Shown here piece after piece: positions 12,050 to 26,400 of a stretch of 64,000 nt of DNA. The stretch comes from Strigamia acuminata (lineage: Eukaryota). The position numbers were made by a program, and so were the translations under genes. The notes under the pieces were generated by a model. The model saw nothing but the letters and a program-made list of their open reading frames with translations. It made no database searches and had not been told where the DNA came from. Where the stretch lies: NCBI GenBank assembly GCA_949358305.1, contig OX442314.1, forward strand, positions 17,236,001 to 17,300,000, read 5' to 3'. Every line of letters begins with the position of its first letter. The first letter of the stretch is position 1.

Positions 12050-12229
12050 ACTCTTTCTTATTATTTAAAACTGCAGGCAGTCTCCATTTTCAAAGCGTCG
12101 GAGATTTTACCACCAGACGACACCGTCATTGGTTGGAATGTGTCGAGTCCTATGATTGGTGGCGCCTATGTCTTCCCGATTTTTCACTGAGTGCAAGTCG
12201 AGCCACGTGTTTAGAGATTTGGACTTGCC

Positions 12230-15192
12230 ATGAAGTAAGTGTTAATTTGATAAATATTGTTCTGAAACTTATAGTTTTAACTCTTTTTCAGGCGAAAATT
12301 AGAAGATTTGAGTGTAGACGAACTCTTTTCAAACAAATTACGTGATGAAGACGATTTTTCGGACGCTGAAATAAGTGAAGACAACTTATCAGACGCGGAG
12401 ATTTGTGGTGAAAGCGATTCGGATGAATTGGAAATAGGTAGTGATGACGAGCTGCCAGAAGCCGAAAACAAGGAGAATCAAGCAAAATCAAAGCCCGAGA
12501 ACGGCGAAGAGCAAAATGACGACGCTAACTCCGAGGATGAATTGGATTATCATCGACATAAACAATCCCTAAAGAAGTTAAAGGAAACCGATACAGAATT
12601 TTTCAAATTTCTTGAAGAAAACGATCAAGACTTACTTAATTTCGAAGCCGATTCAGGGTCTGATAGTGAAGAGGATGAATCCGCCAAAAAACATACAATA
12701 CCGACAACTCTCGAAGTCGCCAGTGACGAAAGTGATGATGAAGAAGACGCCGGATCTGAAGCAGAATACACAAAAAGCACGCAAAAGATAACGAAAGGAC
12801 TTCTTAAACGATGGTCCAAAGAATTAAGAGTAATTATTTAGAATCAATAACATTAATGTGGTTTATATTTAATAATAAACATGAATTTTAGGAACCAAAA
12901 CCGATAGCTACGATAGTTAAAGTTATTTCAGCGTTGAAAGGTGCAGTAGAGCTTTTAAGCGATGAAGATGCTTCTTCTGCAAAACGAATTAAAAATAGCA
13001 AAGGTATTTTTTTTTTTTTAATTAAAATTTTTCTGACTTTTTATACGAGTTTCAAATTATTTTTCAGCTTTGAATGGATTACTTCGTTTGAGTCTCGTGG
13101 ATATTGGTCCTGCTTTTAATAAAGTTTTGCATGCGCCTGCTGAAGTGAAATCATTTCAACCAGCTTCGTGCAAGGGTTGGAGGAAATTGCAAACGCACGC
13201 AAAGACCTACCTTGTTCTTATCGTCAAAGTATTTAATAAGTTTTACAAAAATTAAAGCTTTGATTTTAACATTTGTGTTTGTTTTGCAGGTGCTGGATTT
13301 GGTAAATGAAGATCAAATTGTTGGAACGTTGATAAAACACATATTGGAACTTGTTCCGTACTATGGTGCATTTAATAAAGTTTCTAAAGCACTGCTAAAA
13401 GTAAATTTTTTTTTATATTTTTTTTTAAAATAAACTAATTCACGTTTTAAATTGTTTGCAGAGATTGATAACGGTTTGGTGCACAGCAGAGGAATCTCTT
13501 CGTGTTCTGAGTTACTTAGCAATAAATGCTGTGACTCGTCAACAAATGGCTGAACTGTTACCATTTGTTATTAACGTAACAACACCTTAAATGTAATTTC
13601 TTTTTTTTTTAAATATATTAATTGTATTTTATTTATTTTATTAGAACATGTACGCGGCCTACACGAAAAATTGCAAATTTACATCACCCATTACATGGCC
13701 TTTGATTAATTTTATGAAGCATTCTTTGGCGGGAATTTTAAGTTTAGACGAATTGCTGGCTTATCAACACGCATTTGTTTATATACGACAAATGGCTATT
13801 CATTTGAGAAATGCCGTTACGTTAAAGAAAAAAGTACGTTTTTTGGTGGTAGTGTTATGATTTATTTTAGTTTAATTTTAATAATTCCAGGATGCAATTC
13901 AAGTAGTGTACAATTGGCAGTACATTCATTGCTTGTACTTGTGGAGTCGAATGTTGAGTGAAATGCATCAAAGCACCGTTATGCGGCCACTTATTTATCC
14001 ATTGGTTCAGATCATTATAGGAACTGTTAAGTAAGTCGAAGAAATAATTTACTATATACTTTATTCGGTATTTATTTATTTATTTATTTATTTATTTTTT
14101 AGAATAATCCCAACAACAAAATACGTACCGTTACGTTTTCACTGTATTCGTATATTGATATTATTATCGAAGGAAACAAATACTTTTATTCCAGTTCTGC
14201 CATTACTTACGGAAATTTTACCTTTTGTAAACGTAAAAAGACAAAATTCAAAAGTGAGCTGGAAGTCGATGGATTTGATCTGTGCTCTGAAATTATCAAA
14301 ATCACAAATTACTGAAAAAGGATTTACGGTAAATTCTATAATGTTATCCAATATAATTAGAAAATAACGTCTCTTACTCTTTTTTTTTTACACAACAGGA
14401 CGCAATAATTGATCAATTCGTTGAACTAACGTTGGATTACACCAGTACTCAGGCTCATGTAGTTGCATTTTCGGAACTGGTCTTACCATCCATTATTCAA
14501 ATGAAAGAGTTTGTTAAAACTTCTAAGAACTCGAAATACAACAGAGAAATCAAACAAATTATAGAAAAAATGGAGGAAAATTCACGGTATATCGAACAGA
14601 GACGGAGTTCTGTGGTTTTGAATTTGTCCGATGCAAAAGCAATGGTAAGAAGGTTGGTAGCTAGCGATAAAATATTGACTGAAATGAACATGTTTTACAG
14701 GAAGCGTGGGAGAATGCTAGTAAGCAAGCATCTAATCCTTTGACAAAGTATTACACGAAGTATCGTGAATTACGTGACAGAGAAGTCCAACTAAATATTT
14801 CCAAGAAGGAAGATGTAAAATTCTAGATTTTTTTGTACGAATAGTGTTCTAATTATATATATATTTTTTAACAGATTAACGACCGCTTTCCAGAAATTGA
14901 AAGAACTAAACCCGAAGATAAGGAAGAGTTTGCTGATTTGTTTGCAGATACTTCGAGCGATGATGACGGTGATTCCTTTTTCATTGAAACGACGAAAACA
15001 TCTGGAGTAGAGGACGGATCGAAGAAAACATCTTTACTAGGGAAACCATTGAAGAAAACAACTTTAGTAGAGAAACCATCGAAGAAAACATCTTTCGCTG
15101 CGAAAAGATCGAAGAAAACATCTTTCGTAGATAAAAGATCAAAGAAAACATCTGGACTAGAGAAAGGATCGAAGAAAAAGGGAAAATTTTAA
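12230..15192 (+). CDS. NOC2L: Nucleolar complex protein 2 homolog
   Basis: Short first exon (MK) joined to RKLEDLSVDELF; acidic N-terminus; HKQSLKKLKETDTEFFKFLEENDQDLLNF; YQHAFVYIRQMAIHLRNA; VYNWQYIHCLYLW; LIYPLVQII; YVPLRFHCIR. Multi-exon, TAA at 15190-15192. Confidence 0.93.
14989..15180 (+). repeat. Coding 30-bp tandem repeat (10-aa SKKTSxxxKx) in the NOC2L last exon, ~6 copies
   Basis: GAAGAAAACATCT core recurs every 30 bp; translation SKKTSLLGKP/LKKTTLVEKP/SKKTSFAAKR/SKKTSFVDKR/SKKTSGLEKG. Confidence 0.85.
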
Positions 15193-15439
15193 AGAATTGT
15201 TTTCTATAAAATTTGACTTGAATCGAGAAACAAGAAAATTTTGATTATTAATTCAAACTGTAAATGAAGAAGCTTTTGAAAAATAATATTAAAATCTTGT
15301 ATCCACACTAAAGTATTTATTTCAAGCAAAAACGTGGGCAAAATTTTCTCCTTTTAATTTTTTTTAAAAGAAAGCAGCATGAGATGGGTGTGTAAAATAA
15401 AATTCCGTTCCGTAAACTCAACTTCACTTTGCAAAGCTT

Positions 15440-15730
15440 ACGTAAACGGGATGATAAGGATGTGACGCAGCGCCACCGGAAAATAGCGGCAAATTTACGA
15501 AACAAAACTACTGAACCCGCTGCCTACACACCTACTACCGACCAAGGACGGCGACCATTCTCACACGCCGCCATACAGTAAGTTTATCATTTAGTGAAAG
15601 ATACGAACGAGTCTGATTGTTTCCAAGTTGCAAAGGTAACGTGGAAAAAATGTAAGTATTTTAAAAGTACTTTTAAGTGAGCGGATGCAAAACGCTTGCT
15701 TTATACTAAGCTAAAATGGCGGCATCTGTG
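15440..15730 (+). promoter_or_regulatory. Probable Cdc42 promoter and non-coding first exon
   Basis: ETS-like CCGGAAA near 15476, donor GTAAGT at 15652, YY1-type AAAATGGCGGC at 15713-15723, and an acceptor near 15984 just before the ATG. Confidence 0.45.
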
Positions 15731-15956
15731 ACGTAGGTTTAATGAATAGGAATACATGTTGATATTTATACTTGACTTGATAGTTTAAAAATCAAATAAA
15801 ACTTATTTCAAGCTTAATTTTGCAAAATTTTAAATAAGTTACGCACGAAAACGAAAGAGACGAGTGAGTTAAAATCGGCAATTTTTGTTTCGCTGAAATT
15901 CTGTTGGCGTTTCTGGAAAACACTGTACAGGAAATTACTCTTACTTTCTGGAATAA

Positions 15957-16788
<832 letters not shown>

Positions 16789-17814
16789 TTGATAGAACAA
16801 AAAAGGCGTTATCGAAAAAATGCTACAAGTTTTGAAGTAGTCATGTAGAATGTCTAATATTGAACTGTTGTCATGAAGCTTTTACGTTAAGAAGGCAACG
16901 AGTCAGCGAATGGATCATCTCACCGACGGCCAATCATTTTCTCTTTATTTTATCATTATTTGTTTGTTTTTTTTTTTCCTTTTTTTCTCGAATATTTCTT
17001 TACTATGTGGTGATTTAGCAATGCGTGATTTAATTATATAATTTTTCGTTTTGATTTCTATATGAAAATTTAATTTGTTTAAAAGAAGAAGAAAAAATAT
17101 TGCAATTGGAATGGGTCTAGTTTACAATGGTTACAAATGAACAAAAGATTTGTTCTGTTGGCTCGGAAAATATAACTCATTATATTGAGGAGAGAGTGAG
17201 TGGAATTAATTGTGTGCAAATCATGGGCAGAGATGACGTAAACCTAATCAATTCCGTATTTATTCAATATTTTTATATCGTACGAATTCTCGTTTCTTTC
17301 TTTTGCATTTCTGTATTTTATAATAGCTATAACAAAAAATATTGTTGCAGTATATGTGCAAAGCAAGTTACTATTAAACATAAAAGATGATTATCAAAAC
17401 TTTGTTTTTACGGTTTTTATACCTTTTAACATTTCTTTTATTAGCATTTTTCAATGCGGGGATTTAATAAATTTGTACTTTTATGTAATCATTAAATACT
17501 TTTGATTTCACTAAAAAAAAAAAAACACTTGTATTAAATTCCTAGGTATTGTGTTCGCAACATTTAATTTGAAAAGAAAAAGGCGAGTTACGTAAGAAGT
17601 GGTTTGTGACCAGCTGCACAACAAACATCCTAAGGAATTTACGATTTTCTCAATTCAATATGGCGGTAAGTGAGTCACGTGACTGACAACGTCATTGACC
17701 AATCCCATAAGCGAAGAAATTTACTCGCCAACGCTAGGGTGAGGTGCGCTCCGCGAGAAGAAGATAGACCACATTTGTGTTTTTTCATCTATTTCCTTCT
17801 CACGGCAACAGAGA

Positions 17815-20800
17815 ATGTGTTCTCAACCGAGAATGCCGTACATTTGGATACTCCTAGTTGTGTGGATTAGTGGAATAGTGTCCGAAAAGAATCCAGGTAA
17901 ATGCGTGTTGTTGTGTAGCACGATGAGTGTCGGCCATGTTGAGATATAACGTTGTGAAAATGACGGGGAAACGTCTTGGTTAATGTCTTAACCCCCGATA
18001 TTGAATTTATCACTTGTGCGTTATTATTTACATCGACACGATGCGAAAAAAAATGAATCCGTTTATTTCCGTGATTTTTAATCCCGCCTCCGATCGTTTT
18101 CTTTACTGTTAAGTAGGTGGGTTCATTATCAGGTGAAAACGATAAGGTGAATATCTTGACATCAACATCGCCGAAACTTATCGATTTAAGAATAATTCGA
18201 GTTGGTTGAAAAGTAATCGTGTTTTTAATAGGTTAAAAGGTTTCTTGACAAGTTAAGAGATGTTTAAACTAATTAAATGAATGATGAATGTGTGGGCTCC
18301 GTAACGACGCTCGCCCTTCCTTGTTTCTCTAATTTTATTCTTTTTCCGAGTTTTTCACTTTGTTTTTTCTTTGTGGAAATGAGCCATGCAGCTGCTCGGT
18401 GTTTTTCCTTTTAAGGAAAATTGAAGTGGCCGACAGCTTCGAGCACCTTTTACTTGAGGCGCAAATCCCCGAGAAACAACAACAGCCAACCAAGACCCAA
18501 GGTTTCGACGTATCGATTTTAGTACCTGGAGACATGAGAATCGACTCGATTTATCTTGGCTATATCGACTTGTTTTTAAACATCGATTATTTTATATTAA
18601 AAAAAAATGGGGAAAAAATTCGTTTTATTATCTGGAAATGACGAACCGTAAAGGGATTTTTAGTTGATAGCGATAATTTCGCGTGTTTTTTAGCTATTTT
18701 TGGGTTTACAAATCAATACATTCATCACATTTTGTTCATGATGTGGAAAAGGATAAATAACTATTAAAAAAGGAGGTCGATGGTTTGAGGGTTGAAATCG
18801 CTGTTGCTGCGTCGTCAATCTATCTTTGCTTTTAATCTTTATACAGATAATTTTTTTGTTGTGACAAACGTAATGGTTATTGATTTGGCTTTTGAATATC
18901 GATTGGTTTATGGAATTGACTTATTTTGCGCGTTTTAATGTATCGTGTTTCACAGACGAGTGTGGAATTTGATGAGTCGTTGCAATTATATTCTTGTCAG
19001 TTGTTTAGAATTTCTTCATTTGTGGTGTAATATTTTATAAAAATTAAAAAAATATGTTTTGACTTCATTTAACTCGTTCGAGGCTAAATATGGGATTATT
19101 GATCAATTCTTGACATTTTTGATCGCATTATAGTAGGTTTCACACATTTAAAAAGAAAATTGGTGTTTGCCTTAGCAACAAGCTTCGGTTTGAGTTTTTT
19201 TCTTCTTTTCTTCTTTCTTTTCTAATTATGGTGTTTTCTTCCATTTTATTTTCAGTTCCACATTTGGATTTAGTGAAACCCGAAGTTGGATATCACGGAC
19301 TCATTAAAGAAAATGAGTTAACAGTAGAAGTGACTCCAAAAATTCGTGCCATAGGAGGTACAAATATTAAAAATACGAATTTTATTTTTATTTTTTATGG
19401 ATTTTTTTAAAAAAAATTTTTTTGTTAATTTTTTAGCGGAAATATGCAGTTTTCGCGTCGTAAATAAACCCCACGGTGAAGTTCCGTTCCAGTTGCGGCT
19501 TGTAGACAAGACGAGAGGAACTGCAGAACTTATTGCTAAAAAAGAAGTAAATTGCGAGAAAAGAAAAAATTATAAATTTAGCATTGCTGCTGTGAGCTGT
19601 GATGGAGTGTATTCAGAAAAGTAATTGGACGATTATCAGTTTTTACGTCTGAATTACTAATGTATTTTGTTTTATTTTATAGTGCTACTGTTCACGTGTC
19701 TGTCATCGATGTGAATGAGTATCAGCCAGAATTTTTAGAGCAGTCATACGTTGTGCAAGTAGATGAAGGTCGCATTTATGATGAAATTATACAAGTGAAA
19801 GCAACGGATGAAGACTGCACGCCTAAGTTCGGCGATGTGTGTAAATACGAGTTTTCTGACCCTAATCAACTTTTTGTTATTGATTCGGAAGGTAAATATA
19901 AATGATTAACATCTTGATATGAAAATAACATGAAAATTAATTATATTGTACTTAGGCAAGATAAAAAATACCGAAGCATTAGATTGGGGAAAATCGCACA
20001 ATCACATTTTGTCAGTATACGCGTATGATTGTGGAATGAAACGATCAAAACCGGTGATGGTGACGATTAAAGTGAACAGAGTTTGTCACTTAGGCTGGAA
20101 AGGTATTTTATTTTTGTGTTTTAATTGTGTAAAGCTTGAATAGTTTTTTATTTATTTATTTATTTATTTACAGGAATTCCTCAAAGAATTGAATACACGC
20201 CTGGATCTGGAAGAAAAGTTCTATTTCCAGAATCACAGTTGGATTTGTGCGATGTCCCGTGTCAAGTCGAGCACGTCTCTACTAAAGTAACGTTGGCGAC
20301 ACAACATATAGGCAAGGGATGCGATCGTGACACATATTCCGTCGAATCTCAAAGAAAACTTTGCGGTAAAAATAATTAAAAATAAATTCGATATTGAATT
20401 TTTTCATTTTCATTTTTATTATTTTAGTTTTAATTTTTTTTAAATTTTTTAAATTTTTATTTTTCTTATTTTGATTTTTTTGTTAATTTTCTGCACATTT
20501 TTTGCTTTGATAGGGGCCAGTGTTGATAGTGTGGATTTATTGCCAACTCCTGGCCTGGGAGCAGAGTGGACTAAAAGTTTACCGACAGATGATGGTCATG
20601 AAAGTGATCAGATTTATGAATTTGATGGGGTTACAAATGCAGTTGTCATTCCACCTTCTACATTGCCACATCATTTACCTAACAATTTCACTATTTCTAC
20701 GTGGATGAAACATCGGCAGCATACAGAAAATAATTCACACGTTCGGGAATATATTATTTGTAATGCTGATGATCACAGTAAGTCGTAGAGTTGATTTATT

Positions 20801-23475
20801 ATTATTTAATTCACGTTATTTATTCATTATTTTTTTGCTCGAAAGAAATGGGACGACCCCATTACGCAGTGTTTGTGCGCAATTGTCGATTAATTTTATT
20901 AATAAGACGCGATTACATGGAGGAGAACATGAATACATTTAAACCCGCTGAATGGCGTTGGAAATTAAGTCAAGTTTGTGACAATGAGTGGCATCACTAC
21001 GCTATCAATGTCAATTTCCCCGAGGTTGGTTTGACATTATTAAATAAATTATTTAACAGGCAGTCGTGATTTATTTTTTTTAAAAAAACAATTTTAGGTT
21101 ACTTTATATGTCGACGGACAGAAGTTTCACATTGAAAAGAAAAATCCAGCCATTATTGATGATTGGCCGCTACATAAAGCAAAGGGTATAAATACAACAC
21201 TCGTGGTTGGAGCGTGCTGGCACGGCGGTGAGAGTCGAATGGGTCATCACTTTGGTGGATTTTTAGCCGGTTTGGCAATTCTGAGGGGCCGAACTGAGAA
21301 ACCATCAGTTTTGGCCTGTTTGCACAAATGCAAAGAAAGCCTCGAAGTTCCTGGCATGGAATTACTCGAACCTGGAATGGTGAGTTAAAAATTATTATTA
21401 TTATTACGATTACTAGTGTTTAATTTTAATTTTAAAAAACAATTAATTAGGAGCTTTTGAATAATAACGATTTGACTGAAGTGGCCATCGAAGGAAACAA
21501 TAAAACAAACTTGGAGACATTAGTACAAAAAGTAGCGTATACTAATTCCAGAGAATTTCCTACACCAGGCAGACGCAATTTGCGTCTTTACACATCAGTT
21601 TTGTACGCAACTTGAATTTTAATTTAATTTAATTTAATTAATTTGTTTGTTTATTTATTTGCTTGACATGATTTCAGATGTTCAAATGGCAAAACTTTAA
21701 AAGTTCCTCTGACAGAAAGTTATGTAATGGTATTGCAACCAGAACAACCGACAATAACAATAAACGGATCCAGTAATGCAGCTTGTGATTACGAAGAATG
21801 CAAGAAAGGAGTGAAGGTGTTTGAATCAGTTTCGATCTCTGTGTCGAGAGATAAGGATGAGACGTCTACACGTCGCACTGGTAAATTGATGAACGTGGTT
21901 AACTTTGTACGCGTTTATTAAATTTGATGCACTTTTCAGGCGAATACAAACTGGACTCTTGCACCGTTTCGGTTCTGCCACCACTGAACCTCGATTTGGA
22001 ATATTTTATTCTACCTGAACATCACCTCAGTGAACTCGGCATCATTTATAAACAGAACAAAGATGGTGTAGTGCTGTCTGGTAAGTAATTGTAATTGAAT
22101 TAAGTTTACAACAAAACTCTGAACAAGATGACTTTGGTTTTAGGTGCCGACATGATTTTCAATTACGAACAAGTCGTGAGACAACTATTATATCACATCC
22201 GAAACCCAGCCTATTACCTGAATCGTGCCTTCAAATTGGTTTGTTCAGAACTGAATGGACGTTTTGTCAGCAATGAATATTTAGTGACGGTAAAAATGCC
22301 AAATAAACAGATTGTCCGAAACATTTAATAAAAATGCACTTTACAGTTGGCAGTGATTCATCCACAAACTGAAAGCAAACCAGACAAACCAGCGCCGGCA
22401 GCGAATCTTCAAGCAAACAGACATCACGTGGAATTCGTGGCGCCGAAGCACAAAACAAACGAAGCGACGTACTTAGAAAGCAATAGCGTTGATGCCTCCG
22501 AGACTATCGCTCTCAGTTCAGCGAGTGAGTAGTTGGTGTACAGTCGAAGGCAGCTTTGGTTGAAATACGAGAAATGTCGATGTTGTCGTGTTTTAACTGC
22601 TAACTGCACCTAGTGGAAAGTCGAGGTTGTGAATATGCATCGTGGGCGTGTAGTGTTTTTTTGTTTCTTCTATTTAGCGATTTACCTTCATTTCTGTCGA
22701 TTCTGTTAAGGTCTTTACTCCGGAAGCACTAGCGCAATGGTGGTCAGTGCAGTTGGTGAGTTCGGTGCATGATGTCGACTTTTGAGTGGCGCATGCGTCG
22801 TTCTTCACTTTAGCAATTGGGGTAAAATTTTGGTCGACCTAGGTTCATATCGATAGTTAGCCGCATGCAAACTCGAGTGTGTGTTTGAACCCGACGCACT
22901 CTGTTTTTCTCGCGGGAATGGGAGCAGCTGCGCATGCACTTGTCACTAATGGTTTTCATTTTTTCTTTTTCTTTTTAAACACGAGTGTAGATTGTCGACC
23001 CCATTTTCTTAGCCAAATTGCGGATGAAGTAATTTTTACTAACGATTGAACGTTTCTATTCGTTTAGGCCACAGTGTCACGATTATAATCGTTGTGTGCG
23101 TTGGATTTTTGGTGTTCATGATCGTGTTGGGCGTCATCCGTATACGTATCGCGCAACAACGTTCGCAAGAAACGAGGGAGGACGACGAAATGGCATGGGA
23201 CGACTCTTCGCTGACAATAATCGTCAATCCCATGGACGTGAGTGCGAGATCAAATGATGATAATAGTAAATAAATAAAAAAATGTAATGTTTGTTTTTGT
23301 GCAAATGCAGCAAATTGGCGAGGAAGAAAAGAGCGCACAACCTGTGAACGACGATGACAGCGACAGCTCGGACGACAACAGCAGTTTTCACGACGATATT
23401 GAAAGTTCGGAAGACGAAACGGAAAAAGTGAAGGAGCGCGACCTGGAATGGGATGATTCTACTCTTACTTATTAA
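17815..23475 (+). CDS. CLSTN1: Calsyntenin (alcadein) cadherin-like type I membrane protein
   Basis: Signal-peptide exon 17815-17896 (alternative ATG at 17833). Two cadherin repeats (YHGLIKENE, DVNEYQP, AYDCG), a LamG-like region (FTISTWMKH, VCDNEWHHYA), TM segment IIIVVCVGFLVFMIVLGVI, and an acidic tail with two WDDS motifs (MAWDDSSL, LEWDDSTLTY*). Confidence 0.95.
22711..22755 (+). other. Putative 45-nt cassette exon of calsyntenin (SLYSGSTSAMVVSAV)
   Basis: Acceptor TTCTGTTAAG before 22711 and donor G|GTGAGT after 22755. Phase 1-1 matches the flanking exons (end 22524, start 23069), with no stop codons. Confidence 0.7.
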
Positions 23476-26400
23476 TACAAACGGCGTGAACAGAAGAAAC
23501 TGTTAGCTTCCTTGGCTAGCCCTCAGTACAAGAGATTGTCAACATTACCACTTGATACTGTGGACTTGTATTGGAACACACCATTCAAATATTTTGATCA
23601 CTCACACCTACCTTCCTCCCTCCTTTCCTTTCCTCGTATTTTTATTCCCTTAGTTTTACCCGGTCCTGTGTATTTCCGCTTTAGCTCTCAGTTGCAAATT
23701 GGGAGCTTAGAGACTGAAACGATTTTCCTGGCTGAGGCGCTTTTTTTGGTTTTGTTTTGTTTTTGTTTTTGTTTTTTGCTGGAAGTGATATGCCATAACG
23801 GTGAATTTTTTTTCCTCCTTCTTTTCTTAAATCAACAAGACTGAAATTGAATTCTTAACTGCGACCGACTCGTCCTCCATATGCGATTGTCGTGCCATTC
23901 GATACGATAGATTTTTGAGCACAGTGTAGAAACTAGTAGATGGTGTCTCTTAGAGATGACTGCACTTTGAAGACGCGTTAATATATCACCCGAGCACCTT
24001 AAAGCCTCCGTTGCGTGATCCTTTTCCCGACTATCGATTTGGCCAATTGTGATTGGATCACGTGAGCCGAGAAATCTTTCACAATCAGCTCTTGTTGAAG
24101 GGGAAGCGAGAAAACATTGATAACATATCTTCATGTTTTTGTATTGTCTTCACCACACTTGAGCAATTAGTTTTTCACGTTAGTCCTGAGTTAATTAATT
24201 GATTGGTTGGTTGGTTAATTGATTTAAATACCTTGGTTGTGTTAATTGCAAATGAGTTTACCTGTGCTTTGCCGTTTTCTCTTTGTCTTTTTATTAGTGA
24301 TCATGTGCGAATTGATTTAGTGAGAACTTGTACTTAATACCGGCGATTTGAGCAGCACTAAGTTTTTAATGTCCATTTATTATTAATGACTTAGTTATTT
24401 AGTTGCCTTTGATTTTGATTTTTGTTTTTGTGTTCGTTTTATTTTTTTACGTTTAGTCTCGTTTTGGATCCCGTCATATCAATTGATAAAGGGGTTTTAT
24501 ATTTTTGTTGTAATTTTATTACTGCCAATGGTGATGGGGATATATATATATATTTATATATTTATCGTGCTGGGGTTTTTAGTTGTTTTTTATTGTGATA
24601 ACCTATTTTATTTAATACATAATTTGGACATTCCAAAGACAAGTGTGGCCATGAAAAGAATTAATATATATATATATATATATATGAACTTTTTATGTTT
24701 TATTTTTCGGGTGGTAGCTTAGATAAGGTTTTTTTTGGGTTTGTTTATACACCGATTAAAATCTTTGAATAGTTAAAGGGGCTTACATATTTTATTTTGT
24801 GTGGAGTTTTGTTTTATTTTTCAATTTAGTTTTTTAATTTTTTTTTAAAATATTTTTTTTTTATTACTCTGCCACCATTTTGGAAAAAGTTGTTCCCGTG
24901 TTCCCGTTTTGTTTTAACTGGCCGAGTGTATTTTTATTTTGTCTTCCTTTTTGAGTTTAATAAAAAATTCATTTATTTACACGGAAATAATTGCTGACTA
25001 CGAATATTTTGATCGCCAACTCGCGGTACTATTGCGGTGCAATAGTGAGGTGGAGGTAGACAGAACACTGCCATCATGTAACTAACTTATAAGGTAATTT
25101 TAATGTTGTTTATTACAATCAGCAATCGTAAACTCTGATTTGCTGATTTATTCACTTGCTCGCATTATTTACTCGTGTCGTAATATAATAATTCTTTCGT
25201 GAGCTTGTGTCGCTTAAAATGCATAAATTACCTATCTGAATGAAAGATAGAAATGTTCGTTAAACATTGACGAAGCAAGTTTTTGACACACACAAACAAG
25301 TTTCCACGGCAGTCATAAGACTTGTTTAAAGTTGTGTTATATGAACATATACAGATTTAATTTGTAATTTGATCGGTAGATGGCGGGTGAGTCGGGTGTG
25401 TAGAATTCCGAGGTAAAAACGTCGGTAAAAACAGAAGTACCGTACTGTAAAAAATAAATAAACTTTTGGTAAAAATAACATGTGCGGTTTTGGGCTACAT
25501 TCCTCAAGGATGACTGAAATAAAGATATTGCAACATGCAAAAGATTCAAAGTAAAGTGGCGTCTGATAAGCATTTTGATTCAGATTCCAAAAAATGTGTT
25601 ATTAAATTTCTAGTCTAATAAATCAGAAGCACATCTGTTAGACACCATAACGTCGGTATGAAAATTAAATCTATCTGTACGGTTTTTGTCATCGGCTTCA
25701 AAGAGGCATTTAAAATGAAGAGAAAAAAAAACAACATTTTTTGCTGAATGTAATAAAAATGACCGAAAACAAATTTTAAATCGCGAAAGAATTGAAATCG
25801 CACACGGACTCGATTTTATTTCAAGTCAGGCCGTTCGAATTCACCGAGAAAATGATATTAAAACCAAGTGACAAGTGCATCAATGTGATGTTCGTGGTTG
25901 TGTCATGGATATTTGCAGGGCCATGCCATTTGGCTTTAGTTTTTCATTTCATTTGCCAATTTCTCGTCCCTACCCGGCATCGGTAAGGTTGTTTGTTCCG
26001 AATTGGCCTCGGTTCTCGGTATTTTTGCTCGGCCTCATCTGCTTGAAGAGGGGAACAAAAGACTGGAAAACAAGGAACATCGATTCTCGACGCGCCTCTC
26101 TCTCTCACCGAAACGCAACAAATTTCATCAAGACACAAAGTGCAAAAATATATTTTAAACTTAATTGCCCGCCGATTAATTCCGTTCAATCAATTGTTTA
26201 CTTTAAATTCGCTTTTAATAAAAACAAAATTAAATTTCTACTTGTTATTTCTCATACTCCAAATTGTCACACAAATACGCAAAGTTAACAACGTCAGATT
26301 GTTGTTTACACGAATAAAATTCAGATGGGACAATATTGAAAAATAACAGCAGGAGTGCGACTCGGGCAGAAACTGAGCTAGGAGCGCGCGGCTTCTCGCT

